Shown: positions 46,528 through 55,300, counted from the stretch's first letter. The stretch is 64,000 nt of DNA from Chloroflexota bacterium (GCA_028873965.1 JAPPMU010000024.1:16503-80502), one strand, 5' to 3'. The notes: a model not told the origin generated them from the letters alone. Numbers and translations: made by a program.

Positions 46528-47575
46528 AATCACATACGAATATCCGGGCTTCTGCATCGCTATCTTCGGGTGTGGGCGTCGTATTGCGGTTGTAGGAAAA
46601 GCACGCTGAGAAGTGGCCATGCTCCTCGAAGTCGCGCCGTTTGTCGCTCGGTTGGCCGTCATCAGTGTCTCCAAACTCGCCGCGATTGACTGGCCGCGCT
46701 GCGGGGAAACTCTTGACATCCATTGTCCAAAACACGGAAAGGTAACCGGCGGAGATCAATGCTTGGCTCATTGGCACGTCATCGGTGCGCCTTTCCGCAA
46801 GGCTGGATTTCACGTGAACCACGCCTAGCAGCTGATCTACGCTATCAACATCATATAACACTAATATGTCGGCTTTATCAGGAATAATGCGTCGATCATC
46901 AACAATACCCAGCAGCGCGGCTTTTTCGGCTTTATTACCTATACGAATGTCCACGCCGTGACGCGCCAGGAACCGCCGGTAGTGCCTTACCATAACGCGC
47001 TCTAAAGCCCACCCGCTGGTCCGTTTCCAACTCTGTTCCAAATTCAGCCGGGCGTTGGCTATCGGGTGATTCGAACGGTCGCAATAGGCACGATTTACCA
47101 AAAACGTCCACAAATCGGATGGATTCGCATTCGGCCACACTTGTACCGCAGCTAAAAACATATCCGCGACAGCGTCAGCTCGCCTGTTGCCAGACGCTAA
47201 TCCTTCTTTGAGTATGCTCACTACCCGGTCAAATTCCTGCTGCGTTGCTCCTTGGATCTGATATTCCGCGTCGTACCGGTCATACCTGAACCGGATCAGC
47301 ACCCCATTGCCGGTTGCGACCGCGGTAAGACCGTCCGTGCGGTTTGAAGTTTCGGCATCGCCGATACCGTCGAAAAGGCGCCCTGGCGCAATCCCAAACG
47401 CCGATGCCAGTTGCAAGATGGCGGTTAAGGCTGGGTTGCGCTCCCCGCGTTCAATGCCGCCGATGTATGACCGATCCAGCCCCGCGACCTCGGCTAGGCT
47501 CTCCTGCGTCATGCCCAGAGATTCGCGCAGCCGACGAACGTTGCTGCCGAATTTCAGTTTGCCAGCATCGCCCAT
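46478..47575 (-). CDS. XRE-HTH fused to a putative PD-(D/E)xK-type restriction endonuclease domain
   Basis: N-terminal HTH (FGSNVRRLRESLGMTQESLAEVAGLDRSYIGGIERGERNP). The C-terminal region contains IIPDKADILVLYD...GVVHVKSSLAERR, a nuclease-like motif. The gene is convergent with the methyltransferase and overlaps it by 50 nt. Confidence 0.55.
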   Translation of the reverse strand: MGDAGKLKFGSNVRRLRESLGMTQESLAEVAGLDRSYIGGIERGERNPALTAILQLASAFGIAPGRLFDGIGDAETSNRTDGLTAVATGNGVLIRFRYDRYDAEYQIQGATQQEFDRVVSILKEGLASGNRRADAVADMFLAAVQVWPNANPSDLWTFLVNRAYCDRSNHPIANARLNLEQSWKRTSGWALERVMVRHYRRFLARHGVDIRIGNKAEKAALLGIVDDRRIIPDKADILVLYDVDSVDQLLGVVHVKSSLAERRTDDVPMSQALISAGYLSVFWTMDVKSFPAARPVNRGEFGDTDDGQPSDKRRDFEEHGHFSACFSYNRNTTPTPEDSDAEARIFVCDFTNPDDHFSRFLISTL

Positions 47576-47644
47576 GGTGGGGTATTCTGTGGACGGTTGC
47601 CGGCAGCGTCTAGCGACTAATCGTACCATTTGGAGGCATCACCC

Positions 47645-48820
47645 ATGTACGACCTGCTCATCAAAGGCGGCACGGTAATCGACCCCACGCAGAACCGGAA
47701 CGGCGCATTTGATGTCGCCATAACCGACGGCAAGATCGCCGCGGTGGCTGCCGACATCTCCTCCGACGAAGCCTCGCGCGTCGTGGAGGTGCGGGGCAAA
47801 TACGTAACCCCCGGCCTGATCGACCTGCACACCCATGTCTATGAGGGCGTCAACGGCAACGGCGTCAACGCCGACGTGGGCGGCGTCCGCGCCGGCGTCA
47901 CCACGATGGTCGATGCCGGCAGCAGCGGCTGCGACACCTACGGCGGGTTCCCGGCGCACATCATTCCCAACAACGCCACCGAGGTGATCCCCTTCCTGCA
48001 CATCTGCCGCACCGGTCTGGCCACCACGCCGGACATCTTCTCGCCCAGCAGCATCGACCTGGAGCGGACGATCCAGGTGGTTGAGGAGAGCAACGGCACG
48101 ATCCGCGGCATCAAGGCCCGCATGGTCTCGCCGGCCCTGGAGATCATGGGCATGGAAATGCCCCGCATGGCCAAGCGCGCGGCCCGCGAGGCCGGCGTGC
48201 GCCTCATGGTTCACATCGGCGATACCGAAAAGCGCTACCCGGCCGAGGTGATCCGCGACCTGCTTCCCCTCATGGAGCCGGGCGACATCGTCACCCACTT
48301 CTTCACCGCCAACCCGGGCGGAGTGCTGGACAGCGACGGCAACCTGGTGCCCGAGGCCAGGGAGGCCCACGAGCGCGGCGTGTGGTTGGACACCGCCCAC
48401 GGGCGCGCCAATTTCAGCTTCGACATTGGTGAGCGGGTGCTGGATCAAGGAGTGGAGCCCCACTGCATCAGCACCGACCTGACCGTGCCCGGTCGCATTC
48501 GCACGGTCCACAGCATGACCGAAATGATGACCCGTTTTCTGGCCATGGGGTTCACCCTGGACCGGGTGGTGGAGATGTGCACCATCAACCCCGCGCGGGC
48601 CATCGGCGAGGAGGAGCGCCTGGGCAGCCTGGAAGTCGGCAAGCAGGCCGATGTTTCGGTGCTGGACATCCAGGACGGCGACTGGATCGTTTACGACGTG
48701 CTGGGCAACGGACGGCAATCGGAACGCGCCGTGACCCCGGTGCTGTCGGTCAAGCGGGGCGAGGTTTTCGAAGCCGGCTGGGGCCCTCGACCCTGGGGTT
48801 GGGAGCCGGACAACGCCTAG
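47645..48820 (+). CDS. amidohydrolase-family metallohydrolase (dihydroorotase/deacetylase-like)
   Basis: MYDLLIKGGTVIDP..., VTPGLIDLHTHVY metal-binding motif. GGAGG lies 8 nt upstream of ATG 47645. Confidence 0.85.
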   Translation: MYDLLIKGGTVIDPTQNRNGAFDVAITDGKIAAVAADISSDEASRVVEVRGKYVTPGLIDLHTHVYEGVNGNGVNADVGGVRAGVTTMVDAGSSGCDTYGGFPAHIIPNNATEVIPFLHICRTGLATTPDIFSPSSIDLERTIQVVEESNGTIRGIKARMVSPALEIMGMEMPRMAKRAAREAGVRLMVHIGDTEKRYPAEVIRDLLPLMEPGDIVTHFFTANPGGVLDSDGNLVPEAREAHERGVWLDTAHGRANFSFDIGERVLDQGVEPHCISTDLTVPGRIRTVHSMTEMMTRFLAMGFTLDRVVEMCTINPARAIGEEERLGSLEVGKQADVSVLDIQDGDWIVYDVLGNGRQSERAVTPVLSVKRGEVFEAGWGPRPWGWEPDNA

Positions 48821-48925
48821 GAACCATATCCACGGAACACGAGCGAGATAAGCAGGACTTACTGAATGAGCATTCAAGGGATCATGGGACGCAGGGGCCA
48901 GGGTGCGCTGCGAGAGGATTACAAG

Positions 48926-49846
48926 ATGGTTGAAGTGATATTGAGTTCCCCCAGGGGGTTCTGCGCCGGCGTGGTGCGGGCCATCGACGTCGTGGAGGAA
49001 TGCCTGGAGCGGTTCGGCCCTCCCGTTTACGTCAAACATCAGATCGTGCACAACCCTTACGTGGTGGCTGAGTTGGAGCAGAAGGGCGCCATCACGGTGG
49101 AGGAGGTTGACGAGGTTCCCGACGGCTCCCTGGTGGTGTTCTCGGCCCACGGCTCGCCGCCGGAGGATTTCGAGAAAGCAGCCGAACGCAACCTCCGGGT
49201 GATCGACGCGGTGTGCCCGCTGGTCACCCGCGTGCACAACGAGGCCAAGAAGTACCACCGGGAGGGAAAGCGGGTCCTCCTGGTGGGGCACCAGGGCCAC
49301 CAAGAAGTCCGCGGAACCATGGGCCAGGCTCCGATGACGCTGATCAACGACTCCGCGCCCCTGGCCGAGCAGGAAGTCAGCGCCGACATCGACTGGCCGG
49401 CCGACAGCGAGGTGGCCGTCATAACTCAGACGACGCTTTCCGTGGGCGACACGGCCAACGCCATCGGCGCCATCCAGGAGCGATTTCCCGGCGCGGTGGT
49501 GCGGAACGATATCTGCTACGCTACCACCAACCGCCAGGACGCGGTCACGCAGATGGCCGGACTGGTCGACGTGGTGCTGGTGATCGGCGCGCAGAACTCG
49601 TCGAACTGCAACCGGCTGCGAGAGGTCGCCGAGGCCAACGGAACTCCGGCCTACCTGATCAACGGCCCGGACGAAATCGACCCGGATTGGCTGGTGGGAT
49701 GCCAGCGGGCGGGAATAACGTCGGGAGCCTCCACCCCCGAAGTCCTGGTGGAAGCGGTGATTGAAGCGCTGGACCCGGCCAAGGTCACGTTGCTGGAAGG
49801 CGCGGAGGAAGACATCACCTTCACGCTGCCCCGGGAGTTGCGGTGA
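48926..49846 (+). CDS. ispH: 4-hydroxy-3-methylbut-2-enyl diphosphate reductase
   Basis: SPRGFCAGVVRAIDVV, HQIVHNPYVV, ICYATTNRQ and NSSNCNRL are IspH/LytB hallmarks. ATG at 48926. Confidence 0.95.
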   Translation: MVEVILSSPRGFCAGVVRAIDVVEECLERFGPPVYVKHQIVHNPYVVAELEQKGAITVEEVDEVPDGSLVVFSAHGSPPEDFEKAAERNLRVIDAVCPLVTRVHNEAKKYHREGKRVLLVGHQGHQEVRGTMGQAPMTLINDSAPLAEQEVSADIDWPADSEVAVITQTTLSVGDTANAIGAIQERFPGAVVRNDICYATTNRQDAVTQMAGLVDVVLVIGAQNSSNCNRLREVAEANGTPAYLINGPDEIDPDWLVGCQRAGITSGASTPEVLVEAVIEALDPAKVTLLEGAEEDITFTLPRELR

Positions 49847-49923
49847 TCAGACGCGAGCGGACGCTGATACTGCATCCGCCAGCAGACGAAAATGTGGATA
49901 CTCCGATCAACGTCCCAGACAAG

Positions 49924-50733
49924 CTACAACCCGCAATGCCCTTCGCATTCGTTGATGAATCCGTTCACTTCATGCTCATGGTTGTCAAGCACAAGTGCAT
50001 CCTCCAGCGGGATGCGGCGATGATGCAAGTAAGCCCGCTTGCGAAACATTCGGCCGGCATTGTGCGTGCTGGACCGGAGCATGGCGTCAATTTCCACAGC
50101 CTCCTGGTATAGCTCCGGTTCGCTCTGCTTGATGTCAAGCCAACTGGACGAGCTGCGGAACGGGCAACCGATGCAAGCGCTGCGGGAAAGGCTGCGATTG
50201 GGATAATGTTCTGCGAACCAATACAAGCATTGTTCCCGCGTCATCGGCAAGTCGTCAATTAGTGGATAACGATGCTTAATCCACCAGTTGCGACTTGGCC
50301 TGACCCGCAGTGCCTCATCGGTAGTTATACCCAACCACATCTCAACGTTAGTTTCCGATGAAAGACTTTGCCGAGGTCTGACCCCCAACAACCGCTGAAC
50401 CTCTTTTCTGATGGGGTCTAGTTTGTAGTTTTTGGTGCATTGCCGCCAGTTGATTCCGGCGGGTTGACCATCCCGGTCGGCTAGATACGCCGGCAAAGTC
50501 AGCCAAGCTTGCCCTTGGGCGTTGACGCCGTTGACGACGTCATCCCGTAGGCTACGCCCGTTGTCAGTTGTGATAATCGGGAACGACACCTTGGATTGTA
50601 GCCATTCGATGTTGTCATAGACAGATCGGGGTTCCCACTGGGTATCGGCGAATATGGCACAATCGGGTTTGACGCCAAAAGTTTCATCGTTGGCAAGCAG
50701 GCACATCACAGTGCTTTGCACACCGCCACCCAA
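49924..50733 (-). CDS. PAPS-reductase-like (PP-loop ATP pyrophosphatase superfamily) protein; operon gene 4
   Basis: LGGGVQSTVM (partial PP-loop), RQCTKNYKLDPIRK, GITTDEALR, HRYPLIDDLPMTREQC and SACIGCPFRS. The only start in the track is a TTG inside the PP-loop, with no SD. The frame stays open upstream into gene 3. Confidence 0.75.
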   Translation of the reverse strand: MGGGVQSTVMCLLANDETFGVKPDCAIFADTQWEPRSVYDNIEWLQSKVSFPIITTDNGRSLRDDVVNGVNAQGQAWLTLPAYLADRDGQPAGINWRQCTKNYKLDPIRKEVQRLLGVRPRQSLSSETNVEMWLGITTDEALRVRPSRNWWIKHRYPLIDDLPMTREQCLYWFAEHYPNRSLSRSACIGCPFRSSSSWLDIKQSEPELYQEAVEIDAMLRSSTHNAGRMFRKRAYLHHRRIPLEDALVLDNHEHEVNGFINECEGHCGL

Positions 50734-50777
50734 ACTCAGGACGCGGAGTGCCGGCGGCGTGGAGTTTGGCCGGTAGC

Positions 50778-51548
50778 CTACGGTTCTTTTTTTGGCTTGG
50801 CCTCCTCCACAACAGCGCGGAGCTCGTCGTAATCCAGAAAATCGAAAGACAGAGTGGCGGCGCGCAGGTTCAATGCTGTCATCAACTCATTGGCATCTTT
50901 CGTTGTCCGCAGGTGCTCGTTGCCGTCGAGAAAAACGTCCCAGACCGCCGCCAATAGTCGGGGATTAGACGACAAAAATGTCCGGTCAATGGTTTGGTGG
51001 TACAGGTTCACGTTTCGAGCCATTTCTGCAAGCAAGTCGTCTTGGCTATGCTTTGAATGTTCGGCAGCCCGGGTCGCCATTTCACCAAGCCACCACAGCC
51101 GTGCCGCGGCGTTCCACTTGCGCCCGTCAGAGCCAGAGTATTGCAGATAACGCCGGTGCACGAAATTATACGTGGCTTGGTTGAGATTGCTGGATTGCCA
51201 CCGGACAGGAACGTACTTAGGCAATTCAAAGCAGTTGATGGTTGCCCAGAGCAAACTATCCGCTGCTTGCACGACAGAGGTACCTATCGCACTGCGCATT
51301 ATGGGCGCGTACATGGCATCAGTATTTGGTCCGCCTTTCTGCAAGCGATTCAAATCCGCTAAAGGCACAGACATATTCAGCCGCGCGCCGTATAACTCGG
51401 CGTCCGGGCCATGCTCCTCACGGCCAGCCTGCTCCATGCGCTGGCGTAGTTCGTCTGGATCGCCCTGGATAAACAACCGTGGCTCGGACTCGGCAAGCGT
51501 CAACAGGGCGTTATAACCGGCATCGTTCAATAACTGTATTTCTGGCAT
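50778..51548 (-). CDS. hypothetical protein; operon gene 3
   Basis: 256 aa, helical, W/R-rich core (AARLWWLGEMATRAAEHS). No family recognised. The gene ends with CCA AAA AAA GAA CCG TAG. Confidence 0.6.
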   Translation of the reverse strand: MPEIQLLNDAGYNALLTLAESEPRLFIQGDPDELRQRMEQAGREEHGPDAELYGARLNMSVPLADLNRLQKGGPNTDAMYAPIMRSAIGTSVVQAADSLLWATINCFELPKYVPVRWQSSNLNQATYNFVHRRYLQYSGSDGRKWNAAARLWWLGEMATRAAEHSKHSQDDLLAEMARNVNLYHQTIDRTFLSSNPRLLAAVWDVFLDGNEHLRTTKDANELMTALNLRAATLSFDFLDYDELRAVVEEAKPKKEP

Positions 51549-51561
51549 GGTCAGTTAGCCT

Positions 51562-52443
51562 CTATTCATCAGTATCGTCAGCGTCAGCATAGTCAGCCAA
51601 CAAGATGGCAAACGGCGCACTCAATAGACGTTGGGTCGCCAGAAACAAGGAATGCGAACCATCGTATCCTGGGCCCCCAATGTCTAGATTGTGAGCAAGC
51701 AATTGGGTCTTTACGCAACTGAACCAGGCGCAATTTTCGTAGTCTCCGTCATCCCACAGATCTTTCACGACGGTTAACACAGAAAGGACTGCGCTGGTGA
51801 AAACCGATGGCATTGGCAATCTGCTGGCTTTGCGCACTTCGTTGAATGTATCCAGCGTAGCGCGGTTGGCGAATATCTCCACATAGTCGTTTCCGATGTC
51901 CACGCTGACGTCGAACTCACCGTCGTTCAACCGCCCGCTTTCGTCTTCTTTCAAGCGGAAAATGCTCCTCACTGGTCTCACATCGGAATTAATGATGAAA
52001 GACCAATGCAGGTCGGTGGCCAACGGCGCCAGTTCGTTAATTATCACCGGTTGCTTGCCGTATTCTGCATGGGCAGTTTCGGTGGAAAGAACAAAACTGC
52101 GGGTTGCGAGTATGACCGGATGCACCTGCACCTCGTTTTTGAGCCGGCCCACCGGAATACGCCCACGCGCCACGAACGGCTCGCCGGGCATAGCTTCCAG
52201 CCGGTCACGGTACAGGGTGGAGCCACAGTACACCATTGCCGCGCATTTGGCGTCGCCGGACTCCACAGCACCGACGAGCGCCGGCTCGTTCAAATTGAAC
52301 CGCACCGATATAGACAGAATCCCGCTGTCCTGGTCGTATTGCGGTGGGTCACAGGATGTCTCCAGCGTGGAATCCAAGCCGTAGTCGTCAGCATCAGGGC
52401 GCAGCACCGGGTACAGGTACTGGCGATTAGAACGGTAACGCAT
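51562..52443 (-). CDS. hypothetical protein; operon gene 2
   Basis: 293 aa. The start overlaps the stop of the ATPase gene (TAATG). Acidic C-terminus. No family recognised. Confidence 0.6.
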   Translation of the reverse strand: MRYRSNRQYLYPVLRPDADDYGLDSTLETSCDPPQYDQDSGILSISVRFNLNEPALVGAVESGDAKCAAMVYCGSTLYRDRLEAMPGEPFVARGRIPVGRLKNEVQVHPVILATRSFVLSTETAHAEYGKQPVIINELAPLATDLHWSFIINSDVRPVRSIFRLKEDESGRLNDGEFDVSVDIGNDYVEIFANRATLDTFNEVRKASRLPMPSVFTSAVLSVLTVVKDLWDDGDYENCAWFSCVKTQLLAHNLDIGGPGYDGSHSLFLATQRLLSAPFAILLADYADADDTDE

Positions 52444-54338
52444 TATCCGCTCCCGCCCGGCGTTTGCGGGCTGGTCTGGCCTCTGCCCACCAACCGGAAC
52501 GTCTTGCCTTGCACCGGCTCATTAGTTTTTATCTCCAGCTGGTAACGATCTTGTCCGTTGCCCGGCAGCTTGCGGATTGCCCCTTCTGCTACGTCAACCA
52601 CAGTGTCGCCAGATTTTGCCTCCTGGATCCTCAGTGAATGTTCGGCGCCGTCCTCCCCTACCGCTACGAGTCGCACTTCGAACAATTCTTGTCCAGGATT
52701 GTCAAAAGCGGCGATGACCCAATGAGTTTCGTTTCTGACCAGTTGTACCCTGATGCTGTTCACCCGAGCCACCGGCGGACGGCGATTAGCGCCAGTCTGT
52801 CCGCGTCCACCGCCACGACCCCCCGACCCTCCGCTGCCGCCGCCGTTCCGTGTTCGCCGCCGTTCGCCCCCACGGCCCCCGTGCTCTCCGGCGAGCAAAC
52901 CCGCGCCGCCTCCGGTATTAGGTGATTGCCAAGGGACAGTCACAGAAACGGTTGCAGGTTTTTCAGTGTCGCCAGGTTCGCCGCCGTCATCGTATGTCGA
53001 CAGCCCATAGGGTACTAGTTCGGGGATGTATTCGCCGGATTCCGGAGACTGAGGCCCGGCTGCCAACCCAATGCGCTCTCGCACCCACTGGCCGATTTCC
53101 GTCAGCGCATTGTTGGCATCCCTGCGGCGGTCGGAGTCTTCTATGTAGCCCACTGATAGTCTGTCGTGCTTGGGAGATTCCGAATCTCTGATATAAGACG
53201 ATTCGCCGGGTTCAGATATGCACTCGATGACTGCTGTGAATCCACGCCAGTGCGGATCTATCCGGCCCAAGCCCAACGCCATGTCCCGCCGGTCGGAGGT
53301 AATCATCATTCCCGAATCGCGGACCAGAGCAATCTCGCGGACTTTCGGATTTGAGTCCTCGTGAACTTGGATACGCAACGAAACATTGCCTACGCCGGCG
53401 AAGTATTCCGTTGCAGCTGGTTTCATTTTTGACACCCTGATAAAGTTCGCGGTGCGGGACAACTGTCCGTGGTATTGCCTACCGATATTATCGGCGTTCA
53501 CCTCATCATCGCCAACTTTGACGGTAAGATGCCCTTTTACAATGGCGTGAAAGTAATTATCGATGGCAATTGCAATGCAATCTCGTTGCCAGCCGGGTTG
53601 GCCTCTATCCGGACCAATCTTGTAGCCGGGAATGTATATGGCCGTGCCGGGTTGCCTCAGCCCAAATATGCGCGGCACGTCGTTGTCCGTCAGCGGGGCG
53701 TAAGACCCTGCGCTCAGGTAGCCGGTGCGGCGCTTTGGTGCGCCACTGCCGTCGGTATGTGATACCAAAATGGTCTTGCCGATGAACCGCAGGTTCATGC
53801 GGTCATTGTCCCGCCAGGCGGTGGAATAGAGGACAGTACGCAGGTCGGTCACCGCAAAAGCGGAGTGCTTGCCCAAGCCAAAGGAACCAGCGGCGTCCTT
53901 TTGCTCTTTCACCGGCGAGCCGGAGCCCTTGGTAAGAGCTGCCCATTTGCTGGGAGCGCCGCCGGGCCGAGGCACGTCTTGCGCACCGGTGGTATTGCTG
54001 TCTCTGATGCAAAGGGTGCGCAGTTGGCGGTTATCGTTCAGCAGCCATTTGCCGTTAGTGAACTGCTCTTTTCCCTTGTCATCGTTATGAGGTGAGTTTA
54101 TCGCCCAGTCGAGGATATCGCGCAGTTGGTTGCCTTCAAAGTCGCTGATAGCGAGGTCCTGCAAGCTAAACTCCACTCTGACTGGCTCACCGCCAGCCTT
54201 GGCGTCAAGCGAGTTCTGGATGGATTCCCGAATCAAGTTGGTATCCCGCTGGTCCGTGAAATGCGAGATGCCGGGATCGTTAGGTCCCTCAATTTCACCG
54301 GCGTCATTGGGCGGGAACTGCCATGTCATTTTTGGCAT
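52443..54338 (-). CDS. GHKL-superfamily ATPase with Gly/Arg-rich linker and C-terminal beta-rich domain; operon gene 1
   Basis: Bergerat-fold N box IRESIQNSLDA, a G1-like box CIRDSNTTGA and a G2 box AGSFGLGKHSAF. The low-complexity stretch GGRGGERRRTRNGGGSGGSGGRGGGRGQ spans aa 475-520. GGGGAG lies 8 nt upstream of the ATG. Confidence 0.75.
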   Translation of the reverse strand: MPKMTWQFPPNDAGEIEGPNDPGISHFTDQRDTNLIRESIQNSLDAKAGGEPVRVEFSLQDLAISDFEGNQLRDILDWAINSPHNDDKGKEQFTNGKWLLNDNRQLRTLCIRDSNTTGAQDVPRPGGAPSKWAALTKGSGSPVKEQKDAAGSFGLGKHSAFAVTDLRTVLYSTAWRDNDRMNLRFIGKTILVSHTDGSGAPKRRTGYLSAGSYAPLTDNDVPRIFGLRQPGTAIYIPGYKIGPDRGQPGWQRDCIAIAIDNYFHAIVKGHLTVKVGDDEVNADNIGRQYHGQLSRTANFIRVSKMKPAATEYFAGVGNVSLRIQVHEDSNPKVREIALVRDSGMMITSDRRDMALGLGRIDPHWRGFTAVIECISEPGESSYIRDSESPKHDRLSVGYIEDSDRRRDANNALTEIGQWVRERIGLAAGPQSPESGEYIPELVPYGLSTYDDGGEPGDTEKPATVSVTVPWQSPNTGGGAGLLAGEHGGRGGERRRTRNGGGSGGSGGRGGGRGQTGANRRPPVARVNSIRVQLVRNETHWVIAAFDNPGQELFEVRLVAVGEDGAEHSLRIQEAKSGDTVVDVAEGAIRKLPGNGQDRYQLEIKTNEPVQGKTFRLVGRGQTSPQTPGGSG

Positions 54339-54368
54339 TTTGTATCTCCCCTACAAGCTGCGTAGGGT

Positions 54369-54397
54369 ATCTTATTGACCGTTCGCTATGTCGTCAA
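54369..54397 (-). promoter_or_regulatory. sigma70-like promoter candidate for the four-gene operon
   Basis: On the minus strand: TTGACG (54397-54392), a 17 nt spacer, then TAAGAT (54374-54369), 30 nt upstream of the ATG. Confidence 0.4.
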
Positions 54398-54403
54398 TCC
54401 GGC

Positions 54404-55279
54404 TCACCGGCGCGACAGGGCCGGCGGCCAGTGTGATTGACGCCGCTGTATGTCGCTGCGCACCCAGCAGGTGCTGAGCTCAACCTGGCCGGCGGTCTCA
54501 CGCGCCTGCTGATAGGCCTCCATGAAGTTGGAGGTCAGGATGCCGGCGGGCAGCGCGAACAGCCCGATGCCCAGGAGGGCGATGAATCCCGCCAGCGCCC
54601 GGCCGGCCAGGGTTCCCGGCACCACCTCCAGAGACGGCAGCGTGGTCAGGATCACCACTGAGGCCCACAACGCATCACCGATGGACCCGAACTGCTCGTG
54701 GTTGCCGCCGGGAAGCTTCGTTTCCGCGGCGTGCAGCATGTAGCCGGCGGCCAGCCAGAACACCCCCAGGGCAACCAGCATGCTGACCAACTGCGACGCG
54801 GAGCGCAGCATCACGCGGCCCATGAGCCGCATGGCCGGGAAACGGCGGCCGGTCATGATCAGGCGGGAGACCAGGCGGAAGATGGGCAGCACTTCCACCT
54901 CGCCGAACACGATCATCACCACCAGCGTGGGCCAGATGGCAATAAAGTCGATGATCGCCGCCGCGTTGGTGGTGGCGTAGCGCAGGCGGCTGCGCCAGCC
55001 TCCCCGCCGGTAGTTCCGGTGCCAAACGATGCACCACAAGCGAACCACGTACTCGGCGGCGAACACGCTGACGAAGAAGAACTCGAGCTCCGTCTTGCCG
55101 ATGGCCAGGTTAACCGCGCTGAACAGCACCAACCCGAAGATGGTGAAGTCCACCACCCGCGCCGCGCCCCCGCTGTCCGCCTCCAGCACGTGAAACACGG
55201 CGTGCTGGAGACGCACGTAGGGATGGGCGTCAGGCAGCCGGCACTGCAGCAGGGAGAACCTGCCGGAAAATATCCCCAT
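54404..55279 (-). CDS. ion-transport (Kv-like 6TM) family protein with a degenerate selectivity filter
   Basis: 6TM architecture. The pore helix FGSIGDALWASVVILTTLPSLEVVPGT aligns with the K+ channel pattern ..WWAVVTMTTVGYGD..P, but has TTLPSLE in place of TTVGYGD. Confidence 0.7.
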   Translation of the reverse strand: MGIFSGRFSLLQCRLPDAHPYVRLQHAVFHVLEADSGGAARVVDFTIFGLVLFSAVNLAIGKTELEFFFVSVFAAEYVVRLWCIVWHRNYRRGGWRSRLRYATTNAAAIIDFIAIWPTLVVMIVFGEVEVLPIFRLVSRLIMTGRRFPAMRLMGRVMLRSASQLVSMLVALGVFWLAAGYMLHAAETKLPGGNHEQFGSIGDALWASVVILTTLPSLEVVPGTLAGRALAGFIALLGIGLFALPAGILTSNFMEAYQQARETAGQVELSTCWVRSDIQRRQSHWPPALSRR

Positions 55280-55300
55280 GGATTACGGTGCGACGGTATG

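Noticed and set aside
47639-49303. 554 aa minus-strand ORF spanning the amidohydrolase and ispH
   Set aside because: It crosses an intergenic region and is antisense to two motif-supported genes. Composition is typical of shadow ORFs.
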